Source of the DNA: Nitriliruptorales bacterium
GTDB taxonomy: Bacteria > Actinomycetota > Nitriliruptoria > Nitriliruptorales > JAHWKO01
Reading direction: 5' to 3'
Length of the DNA: 64,000 nt
NCBI GenBank assembly: GCA_046263195.1
Contig: JBHELG010000084.1
Coordinates: forward strand, 4,855 to 68,854
The position numbers were made by a program, and so were the translations under genes. Shown here in pieces: positions 9,401 through 18,331 of this stretch; the first letter of the stretch is position 1; each line of letters starts with the position of its first letter. The notes under the pieces are model-generated. The model did no database searches and had not been told where the DNA came from. It saw only the letters and a program-made list of their open reading frames with translations.

Positions 9401-10837
9401 TCATGTCCGTTCGGCCTGCTCCTCGATCAGGGCCAGGACGCTGCGAACGTCGTGTTCGGTGGTGAGGAGGTTGCCCACCGCGAGTCGCAACGCGAAGCGT
9501 CCGTTGATCCGGGTGTGAGAGAGGTAGGCCTGACCGGTCCCATTCACCCGCTCGAGTAAGTCCGCATTGCGAAGGTCGGCCTCCGCGCCGGAGACCCGAT
9601 CGAACAAGGCCCGGAAGCAAACAGTCGAAAGTGTGGTCGGGGCGACCCGTTCGAAGAGAGGGCGGGAGTCGACCCACTGCGCGGCGAGACGGGCAAGTCG
9701 AACGTGCTCACGGATCCGCGCGGCGAGCCCCTCCCGTCCGAAGTAACGTATGACCATCCAGAGCTTCAGGGCCCGGAATCGCCGTCCGAGTTGCACGCCC
9801 CAGTGCATGTAGTCCTCGACGCCATCCTCCTGCGCAGGCAGATAGTCGGGACCAGCCCGAACGTTCGCTTCAGCGTCGCCGGGTCGCGCACGTAGAGCAC
9901 GCTGCAGTCGATCGGGGTGAAGAGCCATTTGTGAGGGTTGACGACGAGCGAGTCGGCCCTGTCGACGCCTTCGAGCACCCAGCGCAGCTCGGGGACGACC
10001 GCCGCCAATCCGCCATACGCCCCGTCGACGTGCAGCCAAAGGCCGTGCTCTCTGCACACCTCAGCTATGAGGGGCACTGGATCGATACTGGTCGTCGAGG
10101 TCGTACCCACGGTGGCGACCACTGCGAACGGATGCCAACCTGCGGCGATGTCCTCCTCCACAGCGAGGGCGAGTGCGGCCGTGTCCATCCTGAAGACGCC
10201 ATCCGTGGTGATCTTGCGCACGCTCTGCTGCCCGAGTCCGAGGGTGATGGCGGCCTTCTCGACTGACGAGTGCGCCTCCGTCGAGGCGTAGACGCGCAGG
10301 CGGGGGACCTCCGGGCGTCCGAGGAGCCCTCTGACCCGGACGTCGAATCCTGCCTGTTCCCGGGCGGCGGCGAGCGCAACGAGGGTCGACGTCGAAGCGG
10401 TGTCCATGATGACGCCTGCGAAGCCCTGCGGCAGGCCGAGTAGTTGCCGTAGCCAGTCGAGCACGGCCTGCTCGAGTTCGGTCGCCACAGGGGAGGTGCG
10501 CCACAGCATCCCGTTCACGTTGAGGGCGGCGGTAACGAGTTCCCCGATGATGCCCGGACCTGATGGCGAAGTAGGCGAAGAAGCGAGGGTGATTCCAGTG
10601 AGTCAACCCCGGCAGTACGACGGTGTCGAGGTCAGCGAGGATTCGCTGCATCGGCTCCCCCTGCTCGGGGGGGACAGCAGGGAGCCGGGCACGAACCTCC
10701 CCCGGTGCGACTGGGGCGAGGACCGGATAGTCACCCACGTCACTGAGATAGTCGCTGACCCAGTCCACAGCGGCGTGTCCCCAGCGGCGTAGCTCCTCGC
10801 TATCCATGTCGCCGAGATCAGGCGGCAGGCCCTGCAC
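9401..10837 (-). pseudogene. Group II PLP-dependent (aromatic amino acid-type) decarboxylase, two frameshifts
   Basis: Continuous homology split over three frames: THWNHPRFFAYF, then NGMLWRTSP..HVDGAYGG..NPHKW, then DYL..WGVQLGRRFRALKLW. Lesions at about 10560 and about 9849. GTG start at 10837 with an AGGAGA RBS. Confidence 0.87.
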
Positions 10838-10912
10838 GGAGTCTCCTGGTCGTGCCGCTATTACGGATTTGATCGCGGCCACTAGCCTGGCACCAGCGAC
10901 GAAGGGGAGGCG

Positions 10913-11140
10913 ATGGCGTTCTGCTTGCACTGCGGGGCGGACAACCCTGACGAGGCGCGCTACTGCCACAATTGCGGCGTCGAACTCGGGTTTGTCCAGA
11001 CCCCTACCCCACGTCCAGAGACGGTGGTCGAAGGGGTGCCAAACCCGGATGATCGCGCGCAACGTGCCGCGAGGCCGAAGCCGCAGGCAGGTGGCGGTGA
11101 TGCCGGAGCCACGGACCCGACAGAGGCCGAGGAGATCTGA
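10913..11140 (+). CDS. Small zinc-ribbon protein
   Basis: CLHCG..N..ARYCHNCG double CxxC; GGGGAGG RBS. Confidence 0.72.
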   Translation: MAFCLHCGADNPDEARYCHNCGVELGFVQTPTPRPETVVEGVPNPDDRAQRAARPKPQAGGGDAGATDPTEAEEI

Positions 11141-11174
11141 GCCGCCGCACCCGCTCCGCCATAGGTCACCCGGC

Positions 11175-11213
11175 CCTCACCCGAAGCAGCGGCGACACCG
11201 AGACCGGGTGAGG
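11175..11213. terminator. 9-bp inverted repeat, possible terminator
   Basis: CCTCACCCG 11175-11183 / CGGGTGAGG 11205-11213, downstream of the zinc-ribbon gene; 21-nt loop and no U tract. Confidence 0.3.
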
Positions 11214-11233
11214 ACACGAGTACCCTGGCTCCG

Positions 11234-12040
11234 ATGCCTGTCCTCGTCACCGGCCCCGGCTCGACCCTTGGCCTGCAGGTCGCCCGGGTGCTTGCGGCCA
11301 CCGGGGGGGAGGTCCGCGCTTTCTGCGACCGCGACGCCTTCCTCCACGAGCTGCGACAGCTCGGGATCTTCTGCGCGGTAGGGTCGCTGCTCGACGAAGG
11401 CCATCTCGAGACGGCGATGGAGCAGGTGCATACCGTCGTCCATCTGCCGGTCGGGCCGCTCGCAGCCGACCCCGAACGGATCATCGACGAGGCAGCGACG
11501 GTGGTCGCTGCGGCAATCGGCGCCCAGGTGCGACGCATCGTGTGCCTGTCGGTCCCGGCCCCCGCCCTCGACGCACCCGACCGCCTGCGTCGAGCGGCCG
11601 CCGATGTGGAGCTGCTCGTCGCGGAGGCACCTTCTGCCACGGCCGTGATCAGAGCCTCGTTGGTCGACACCCCGGAACTGCGCGCCGCCCTTGCGCGCAC
11701 GCCGTTGCGTCGCGAGGCGCTCGAGTGCCTCGTCGCACCCCTGCGGCCGGAGGACCTGGCCGAGCTCATCCATTGGCTCGACGATCGCGACAACGTTGCG
11801 GGTGGCCATGACGTGTTCGCCGCCGACGGGCCCGAGGTGGTACCGCTGCGCATGCACCTACGAGCCCTCGGGCTCACCCCCCTGTCAGTGGTTGGCAGGG
11901 TCACCGAACGTCTCAGGTCCGGACCCGCACCGCTCCTCAGCGAGGTGTTCGCCACTCCCTGGGCGTCGGTCACGGACATCGTGAGCGCCTGGGAGGCGAG
12001 CGGCATCACACCACTCTCACCGCTCGAAGCCACAACGTGA
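11234..12040 (+). CDS. Atypical SDR / NAD(P)-binding Rossmann protein (NmrA/epimerase-like)
   Basis: N-terminal VLVTGPGSTLG, plus VHTVVHL and VRRIVCLS strands. Confidence 0.7.
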   Translation: MPVLVTGPGSTLGLQVARVLAATGGEVRAFCDRDAFLHELRQLGIFCAVGSLLDEGHLETAMEQVHTVVHLPVGPLAADPERIIDEAATVVAAAIGAQVRRIVCLSVPAPALDAPDRLRRAAADVELLVAEAPSATAVIRASLVDTPELRAALARTPLRREALECLVAPLRPEDLAELIHWLDDRDNVAGGHDVFAADGPEVVPLRMHLRALGLTPLSVVGRVTERLRSGPAPLLSEVFATPWASVTDIVSAWEASGITPLSPLEATT

Positions 12041-12120
12041 CCAGGCTCTGTCACGGTCGAAGATGCGGGCCGCTACTGCTCATGTCCTGTCTCGCCGCCA
12101 CAGTCGGCCCTGCTGATGCC

Positions 12121-12166
12121 GTCAACAAGGATTGACAAACACGTCTGGTCAACGTAGGTTGACAGC
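12121..12166 (+). promoter_or_regulatory. Leaderless sigmaA-type promoter with two GTCAAC-N4-GTTGAC operators
   Basis: TTGACA 12132-12137, 17 nt, TAGGTT 12155-12160, 6 nt, ATG 12167. Palindromes GTCAAC-AAGG-ATTGAC (12121-12136) and perfect GTCAAC-GTAG-GTTGAC (12148-12163). Confidence 0.75.
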
Positions 12167-12382
12167 ATGGCGGACACGAGAGAGCTGGCTCAGGCAGCCA
12201 CGAGTCGCGACCCAGCCGTCGGACTGCGAGCCGTTGCCTCCCTGCGGCTGCTTGTGGAGCAACTGCAAGTACTGCAGGTCGACAACGCGCGCAGCCACGG
12301 CTGGTCGTGGCAGCAGATCGCCGACGCTCTCGGCGTGAGTAGGCAGGCGGTTCACAAGCGCTACGCCAGGCGGAGGCTCTAG
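12167..12382 (+). CDS. Small helix-turn-helix protein
   Basis: ARSHGWSWQQIADALGVSRQAVHKRY HTH; family usually found upstream of Clp N-domain genes in Actinobacteria. Confidence 0.85.
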   Translation: MADTRELAQAATSRDPAVGLRAVASLRLLVEQLQVLQVDNARSHGWSWQQIADALGVSRQAVHKRYARRRL

Positions 12383-12467
12383 CGGCGGCAGACCACGCGC
12401 GGGGGCTTGCCTGTCGCGAGACGAGGTGGAGGCGAGGGACCGGTTACGAGGCCCGGGAGGCTAGGCG

Positions 12468-13091
12468 ATGTTCGAGCGGTTCACGCAGGCTGCTCGCCAT
12501 GCGGTTCGGCTTGCCCAACAGGAGGCCCGGGCACTCGGGCACGGCTACCTCGGGACGGAGCACCTTTTGCTGGGCCTGCTCGCCGAAGGCACGGGGGTCG
12601 CTGCACGGGTCCTTGCCGAACTGGGCGTCGATCCCGAGACGATGCGTAGCAGAGTGGTGGAGATCATCGGTCGCGGTCCGCCCACCAAACCTGATCGGGA
12701 AGCCCTGCGTTCCATCGGTATCGACATCGACCTGGTCCGCAGCAAGATCGAAGAGGCCTTCGGGCCCGGCGCCCTCGAGCGGACCTGGCCGGCCAAGTCC
12801 GACAGACGCGGATCCAGGTTGGGCCGGCTGATCGGTCGAAGAACCTGCCGGCAGTCGCAGGCTCCGGGGTACGTCCCGTTCACGCCGAGGGCGAAGAAGG
12901 TTCTCGAGCTCAGTCTGCGGGAGGCGCGCCAGCTCGGGCACAACTACCTCGGGACCGAGCACGTCCTTCTCGGTCTTCTCGCCGAGGGGGAAGGCGTCGC
13001 TGCCACGCTGCTCGAAGGATCCGGCGTGGACTTCTCGTTGGCAAGGGACAAGGTTCTCGAGGAGCTGGGGCCGAGCGCGGACGCTGGTTGA
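12468..13091 (+). CDS. Stand-alone Clp N-terminal repeat domain protein (no AAA+ module)
   Basis: MFERFT..A..EARALGHGYLGTEHLLLGLL and FTPRAKKVLELSLREARQLGHNYLGTEHVLLGLL. Confidence 0.9.
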   Translation: MFERFTQAARHAVRLAQQEARALGHGYLGTEHLLLGLLAEGTGVAARVLAELGVDPETMRSRVVEIIGRGPPTKPDREALRSIGIDIDLVRSKIEEAFGPGALERTWPAKSDRRGSRLGRLIGRRTCRQSQAPGYVPFTPRAKKVLELSLREARQLGHNYLGTEHVLLGLLAEGEGVAATLLEGSGVDFSLARDKVLEELGPSADAG

Positions 13092-13152
13092 ACGAGTTCG
13101 ACAGCTTTGTGCCGAAAAGAGCCATGGTGACGTCTTCCCACGACGGGCGCTT

Positions 13153-13950
13153 TCAACGCGCTCGGCGAACGAGCACGGCTGTGATGATGACGAGCAGGAC
13201 CCCGAAGGCCCGTGACAGCACCGTCGCGGGGAGGGCCAGCGCCACCTCGGCGCCCAGGAGCGAGCCGACAAGGCCTCCCGCACCGAGGCGCAGCCCGACA
13301 GACCAGTCCGTGTAACTGCGACGGCCATGCGTGGCCGCCCCGGCAAGCGCCGTCGGCACGATGACGGCGAGCGAAGTGCCTTCGGCCAAGTGCTGGCCAT
13401 AACCGAAGCCGATGACGAGCACGGGCACGACGATCGCGCCGCCGCCGATCCCGAGCAGGGCGGAAGCTGTCCCGCTCACCAAGCCGAGGAGTGCGTGAAG
13501 GCCGGCCTCTCCAGCTGCCATCAGCGGGGGCTGGCCTCCTGACGGGCCGATCGGGTCGGCGGGGCCGAAGACGAGCAGCCGCAACGCCATGACCGCGAGC
13601 AGCAACGCGAAGAGAAGCTGGAGACGCCGCTCGGAGACGCGCGGGAGAAGCGCCGCCCCGAGCTGCACGCCGGCCAGAGCACCGGCAGCGACCACGCCAG
13701 CAGCACCCCAGGCGACAGCGCCGCCGAGAGCGAAGCGCAGTGAGCCAGCGAGCGCGGGAACGGTGATCGCCACGAGCGAGGTGGCGTGCGCGACGTGCTG
13801 CGAGCGCCCGAGCACGAGCACGAGCAACGGGACGAGCAGCACGCCGCCACCGACCCCGAAGAGGCCTGCGAGAAGACCAGCGGCCAGCCCACCTCCCAGG
13901 GGCACGAGCCAGTCGCGCCATGCCGACCCTTCCATCGTGGGGCTCCTCAT
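13153..13950 (-). CDS. TauE/SafE sulfite exporter family membrane protein
   Basis: AGLFGVGGGVLLVP...AHATSL repeated as LLGIGGGAIVVP...AEGTSL; about 8 TM helices. Confidence 0.88.
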   Translation of the reverse strand: MRSPTMEGSAWRDWLVPLGGGLAAGLLAGLFGVGGGVLLVPLLVLVLGRSQHVAHATSLVAITVPALAGSLRFALGGAVAWGAAGVVAAGALAGVQLGAALLPRVSERRLQLLFALLLAVMALRLLVFGPADPIGPSGGQPPLMAAGEAGLHALLGLVSGTASALLGIGGGAIVVPVLVIGFGYGQHLAEGTSLAVIVPTALAGAATHGRRSYTDWSVGLRLGAGGLVGSLLGAEVALALPATVLSRAFGVLLVIITAVLVRRAR

Positions 13951-14176
13951 GGATGCGACAGGCCACCCCCGTTGAGCTCGGGAGGAGTCACGCGGTACTG
14001 CCCCTGCGACGCTCCCCCCATTCCTGACTGCGCGGGGCTGTCGTCACGGGAAAGTCTTGGGCCTCCCGAGACGTGTGGTGCGTTACCGGTCGACCTTAGA
14101 CTCTCCTCGCCGAGACAGGGCATCACGGCGCCGAGCCGGGAGCGTCGCGACCGTCCGGGCGCCAGGGAGGGCAGCG

Positions 14177-14959
14177 ATGAGGGAGTACGTTCGACTCGAT
14201 GTCGATCCCCAGCGCCGGGTCGCAACCGTCCGCGTGGACCGAGCACCCTTGAACGCGCTCAACCGGCAGGTGTGGGCCGAGATCGCAGAAGCCGCTCGGG
14301 AGGCTGATGACCGCGAGGATGTGGGAGCGGTCGTCGTCTGGGGCGGGCCCAGGGTGTTTGCCGCTGGCGCGGACATCAAGGAGTTCCCTGAGCACGACTA
14401 TCACGACGTGCGGACAGCGGGTCGTATCCTGCACCACAGCCTGGCGGTGCTCGAACGGGTTCCGAAGGTGACGATCGCCGCAGTGAATGGTTACGCCCTC
14501 GGTGGCGGCTGTGAACTCGCAATGGCCTGCGACTTCCGGTTCTTGGCCGAGGACGCGAAGCTTGGCCAGCCCGAGATCCTCCTGGGTCTCATCCCCGGGG
14601 CCGGGGGCACCCAGCGCCTGCCACGGCTCGTCGGTCTGTCCCGGGCGAAGGAGCTCATCTTCTCGGGCCGCATCGTTGACAGTGAAGAGGCACGAGCGAT
14701 AGGTCTGGCAGACGCGGTCTATCCGGCTGACGAGGTCTACAACCAGGCCATGTCAGCCGCAGCCCGATACGCAGCCGGCCCATTCGCTCTCCGGCTCGCG
14801 AAGCAGGCCATCATGGACGGTATCGAGATGAGCCTCGACGAGGCGCTACGTCTCGAGGCGTCGCTCTTCGCCGAATGTTTCGCTACGCAGGACGCCCGCA
14901 TCGGCATCCAGAGTTTCCTCGAGCAAGGCCCCGGGAAGGCGACGTTCACCGGACGTTAG
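14177..14959 (+). CDS. Enoyl-CoA hydratase/isomerase
   Basis: FAAGADIKE, NGYALGGGCELAMACDFR and GQPEILLGLIPGAGGTQRL. ATG 14177 after GGGAGGG. Confidence 0.92.
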   Translation: MREYVRLDVDPQRRVATVRVDRAPLNALNRQVWAEIAEAAREADDREDVGAVVVWGGPRVFAAGADIKEFPEHDYHDVRTAGRILHHSLAVLERVPKVTIAAVNGYALGGGCELAMACDFRFLAEDAKLGQPEILLGLIPGAGGTQRLPRLVGLSRAKELIFSGRIVDSEEARAIGLADAVYPADEVYNQAMSAAARYAAGPFALRLAKQAIMDGIEMSLDEALRLEASLFAECFATQDARIGIQSFLEQGPGKATFTGR

Positions 14960-15837
14960 GATGCCCCTGCTAGCAGGCTCTCGAGCGACAACTCAGCGGC
15001 GTCCCAGGCAGGACGCGAGACGAACAGCTCCGCGTGGTAGTAGCCGCACGCCTCCTTGCTGCTGACGTCCACGCCGGCGCCCGCGAGTTCGTCGAGGGCG
15101 TACTGTCGCTCCTCGGCGTGGGCGAACCGGCGCTGCGGGAAGGTGCGCGCCGCGAGCTTCTCGGTGACGAGGCCATACCGGGACAGCGCCTCGGCGATGG
15201 GCTCGTAGGACACCATGCGGAGAACGAAAGCCGCTATCCAGGGCGGCTCGACCATGCAGTCGAGAATCCGCTGGAACGTTCGCTGTGAGATGTACCCGAT
15301 CCCGCCGGTTACGGTGATGAGACCGGCACGAGCGGCGGCGGCCTGAAGGCCCGGGCTGGGCTCGCTGTTTTCGAGGTTCTCGGCGAACCCTTCGTCGAGC
15401 AAACCGACCTCCAGCGCGTATCCGACCGCGTTTGACGCGGCGTCGACTCCTACCGAGCCATAGGCCGTGAGACGCCGCCGAGCGGCGAAGAAGGCACGAT
15501 CGATTGCGGCGAGCTCGAAGCTGGAGAGGTTGTCCGCCTCCCCGGAGGCGTAGTGCGCATAGAGATCCTCCAGGCTCAACTCATGGTTCAAAAGCGTTGC
15601 GTTGACTCCGTAGGAGCAGCACAGGTCGAGCACGATTCGCCGGTTCTCTTCCCCGTACGTCCCACGCCGAGCCTCCGTCAAGGTCCGGAACACCCGCTGA
15701 CCGTGCTGGGGGATCTGGTAGTCGAGGCGGCGCAAGGTCTCAAAATAGGCCCGGGGATCCGGCCGGTCATAGATGTCGTCGAAGCGTGCTTTTCCCGGCT
15801 TTACGTGACTGCTTCGACTCACAGCCCGTTCATGCAT
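14956..15837 (-). CDS. Conserved hypothetical protein, SAM-dependent methyltransferase-like
   Basis: KARFDDIYDRPDPRAY, VLDLCCSYGVN (motif I-like) and ITVTGGIGYI; coding-like composition. Confidence 0.62.
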   Translation of the reverse strand: MHERAVSRSSHVKPGKARFDDIYDRPDPRAYFETLRRLDYQIPQHGQRVFRTLTEARRGTYGEENRRIVLDLCCSYGVNATLLNHELSLEDLYAHYASGEADNLSSFELAAIDRAFFAARRRLTAYGSVGVDAASNAVGYALEVGLLDEGFAENLENSEPSPGLQAAAARAGLITVTGGIGYISQRTFQRILDCMVEPPWIAAFVLRMVSYEPIAEALSRYGLVTEKLAARTFPQRRFAHAEERQYALDELAGAGVDVSSKEACGYYHAELFVSRPAWDAAELSLESLLAGAS

Positions 15838-16012
15838 CCGACCGCTCCTCCTCTTCACGCCCAGCCATGGACCCCCTGACGTCATGCGGCTGCTTCATCA
15901 ACCTGGGGGCGTGGCGGTCGCAGTCAACAGGAAGTCCCTCGCCGTGAAAAGCTGGTCCTCGCGCCATGCGAAGGCGACGGCAAGCCGAGTTCTCCGCGCT
16001 ACCATCGCGGAC

Positions 16013-16231
16013 GTGGGCCGTTCGCTTGGGCTGATGATCATCCTGTTCGGGGCCCTCGCGATGGTCGTTGGCCTCGTCATCTGGGCCGGTGGTCTGTCGT
16101 GGTTCGGACGGCTTCCCGGGGACATCCGCATCGAGGGTGAACACACTCGCGTCTACATCCCCCTCGTGTCGATGCTCGTCGTCTCGGTCATCCTGACCGT
16201 CCTGCTCAACCTCATTGGCCGGTGGCTGTAG
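16013..16231 (+). CDS. DUF2905 family small membrane protein
   Basis: WFGRLPGDIRIEG..TRVYIPLVSML signature between two TM helices. Confidence 0.8.
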   Translation: MGRSLGLMIILFGALAMVVGLVIWAGGLSWFGRLPGDIRIEGEHTRVYIPLVSMLVVSVILTVLLNLIGRWL

Positions 16232-16446
16232 GCGGCAGTCGTGAGGTGGCGGCGTCGAGCCGGCCTGCAGCAGCGCCCCGAATGAGGAAGGAGCGACGGA
16301 ACCGAGAGTGGTGCCGACTCACCCCAGAGCTTCCGTTGGGCACTCGTCACGGACCAGAGTGGGCCTGATAGTCGCTGCAATCGACGGCTGCGGTAGCGTA
16401 TCCGGCCGCGAGACCGTGGTCGTGGGACCAGCCAAAGGAATGGGCA

Positions 16447-17235
16447 ATGAAGGTCATCGTGCCTGTCAAGCGCGTCCCCGACACCGCCGGCGAAAAGCCA
16501 CTCGACGCCCACGACTTCACGCTTGACCGAGAGAAGGTCGAGTCGATCCTGTGCCCGATGAACGAGTACGCCATCGAGGAGGCCTGCCGCCTGAAGGAAC
16601 GCCACGGTGCCGAGGTCACGGTGCTGCTCGTCGGACCCGAGAGCGGGCAAGCGGTGGTCCGCAAGGCGCTGTCGTACGGCCTGGACGCGGCCGTGCAGGT
16701 GAGCGACGAGGCCATCCATGGCTCTGACGCCATCGCCACCGCGAAAGTCATCGCTGGCGCCCTCCGGCAGGAGGAGTTCGACGTCGTCATCATGGGCGCA
16801 CAGGCAACGGACGCGCGCACCTCTATCGTGCCGGCAGCGGTCGCCGAGCTGCTCGGCCTGCCGTCGCTCACCTACGCGCGACGACTCGATATCGACGGCG
16901 ACAGACTCGTCGTCCACCGGGAGACCGACGAGGGATGGAATGTCGTCGAATCGTCGCTGCCGGCGGTCGTCTCGGTGGTGGAGTCGATCAACGAGCCACG
17001 CTACCCCTCGTTCAAAGGCATCATGGCCGCGAAGTCGAAGCCGCTCGTGATGAAATCCCTGGTCGACGTCGGAGTGGACCCGGGCGAGGTTGGGTTCGAG
17101 CAGCAGCGGGCGAGGGTCGTCGACGCGCAACCGAGACCCCGCAAGGAGGAGGGCAAGAAGGTCGAGGACGACGGAACCGGCGAGATCGGGGCGAAAGCTC
17201 TCGTGGACTGGCTCGTCGAGCAGAAGATCATCTGA
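16447..17235 (+). CDS. etfB: Electron transfer flavoprotein beta subunit
   Basis: MKVIVPVKRVPD, NEYAIEEA, GAQATD and NEPRYPSFKGIMAAK. Confidence 0.95.
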   Translation: MKVIVPVKRVPDTAGEKPLDAHDFTLDREKVESILCPMNEYAIEEACRLKERHGAEVTVLLVGPESGQAVVRKALSYGLDAAVQVSDEAIHGSDAIATAKVIAGALRQEEFDVVIMGAQATDARTSIVPAAVAELLGLPSLTYARRLDIDGDRLVVHRETDEGWNVVESSLPAVVSVVESINEPRYPSFKGIMAAKSKPLVMKSLVDVGVDPGEVGFEQQRARVVDAQPRPRKEEGKKVEDDGTGEIGAKALVDWLVEQKII

Positions 17236-17271
17236 AGCAGGGACAGAACCGCCGAGAGCCCGGAGGCGCGA

Positions 17272-18264
17272 GTGGGCGAGACAGAGTTGCTCGTACTCGT
17301 CGATCATGATCGTGGCACGCCACGCAAGGTCACGAACCAGATCCTAACGAAGGCTCGCGAGCTCGCGGCCGCCACGGAGGCGACGCTGGCTGCTGTGGCG
17401 TTCGGAGGGCATGCAGCGGAATGTGCCGAGCGTCTCGGCGCCTTCGGAGCGCAGAAGCTCTATATCTGGGACACTCCCCCGGCTATCAACTATGTCACCG
17501 TGCCCATGGTAGATGCCCTCGAGGAGATCTTCGCCCGCTCCGGGGCACGCACCCTGCTCTTCCCCTCCTCGAACTTCCTCAAGGACGTCGCCTCCCGCCT
17601 CGCCGTGCGGCTCGAGGCCGGGATCATCGTCGATGCCTCCGACCTCGAACTCTCCGACGGAAACCTCACCGTCACGAAGGAGATCTTCGGTGGCGTGACC
17701 ATCACGAGATCGCAGGTCACCGAAGGCCGTCCCGCTCTCATTGGCGTGAACGCGAACGCCTTCCCGGCCGAGGAGAGCGGCGGGGCGCTTCCCGAGATCG
17801 TGGAGCTCGATTTCGAGCTCTCATCGGAGGCCGAGCGGGCGCGTGTCGTAGACCGGGTCATCCAGTTGGAGGGCCACCGCCCCGACGTGTCAGAAGCTGC
17901 CGTCGTCGTAGCCGGTGGACGGGGCCTTGGCGATGCCTCAGGGTTCGAGTTGCTCGGCGAGCTTGCTGACCTGCTCGGTGCGGGGGTCGGAGCGTCACGG
18001 GCGGCTGCGGACGCCGGTTGGGTGCCTCATCGCCAGCAGATCGGGCAGACCGGCAAAACGATCTCCCCTCAGCTCTACATCGGATGTGGGATCTCAGGGG
18101 CCATTCAACACCGTGCCGGCATGCAGACCTCGCAACTCATCGTCGCCATCAACAAGGACGCCGAGGCCCCCATCTTTCAGATCGCCGACTTCGCGGTCGT
18201 AGGCGATCTCTACCGTGTCGTCCCGAAGCTCATCGAGGAGATCCGTCGGCGGCAGAGCGAGTAG
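17272..18264 (+). CDS. etfA: Electron transfer flavoprotein alpha subunit
   Basis: VVVAGGRGLG, QIGQTGKTISPQLYIGCGISGAIQHRAGM and AINKDAEAPIF. Confidence 0.96.
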   Translation: MGETELLVLVDHDRGTPRKVTNQILTKARELAAATEATLAAVAFGGHAAECAERLGAFGAQKLYIWDTPPAINYVTVPMVDALEEIFARSGARTLLFPSSNFLKDVASRLAVRLEAGIIVDASDLELSDGNLTVTKEIFGGVTITRSQVTEGRPALIGVNANAFPAEESGGALPEIVELDFELSSEAERARVVDRVIQLEGHRPDVSEAAVVVAGGRGLGDASGFELLGELADLLGAGVGASRAAADAGWVPHRQQIGQTGKTISPQLYIGCGISGAIQHRAGMQTSQLIVAINKDAEAPIFQIADFAVVGDLYRVVPKLIEEIRRRQSE

Positions 18265-18270
18265 CGCCCA

Positions 18271-18291
18271 ACTCCTTGTGCGGCAAGGAGT
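18271..18291 (+). terminator. Hairpin after etfA
   Basis: Perfect 8-bp stem ACTCCTTG / CAAGGAGT with a 5-nt loop, 6 nt after the stop. Confidence 0.5.
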
Positions 18292-18331
18292 CCTGTCAAG
18301 TGGGTGGGACTTATTCCGCGGGGAGCACCTG

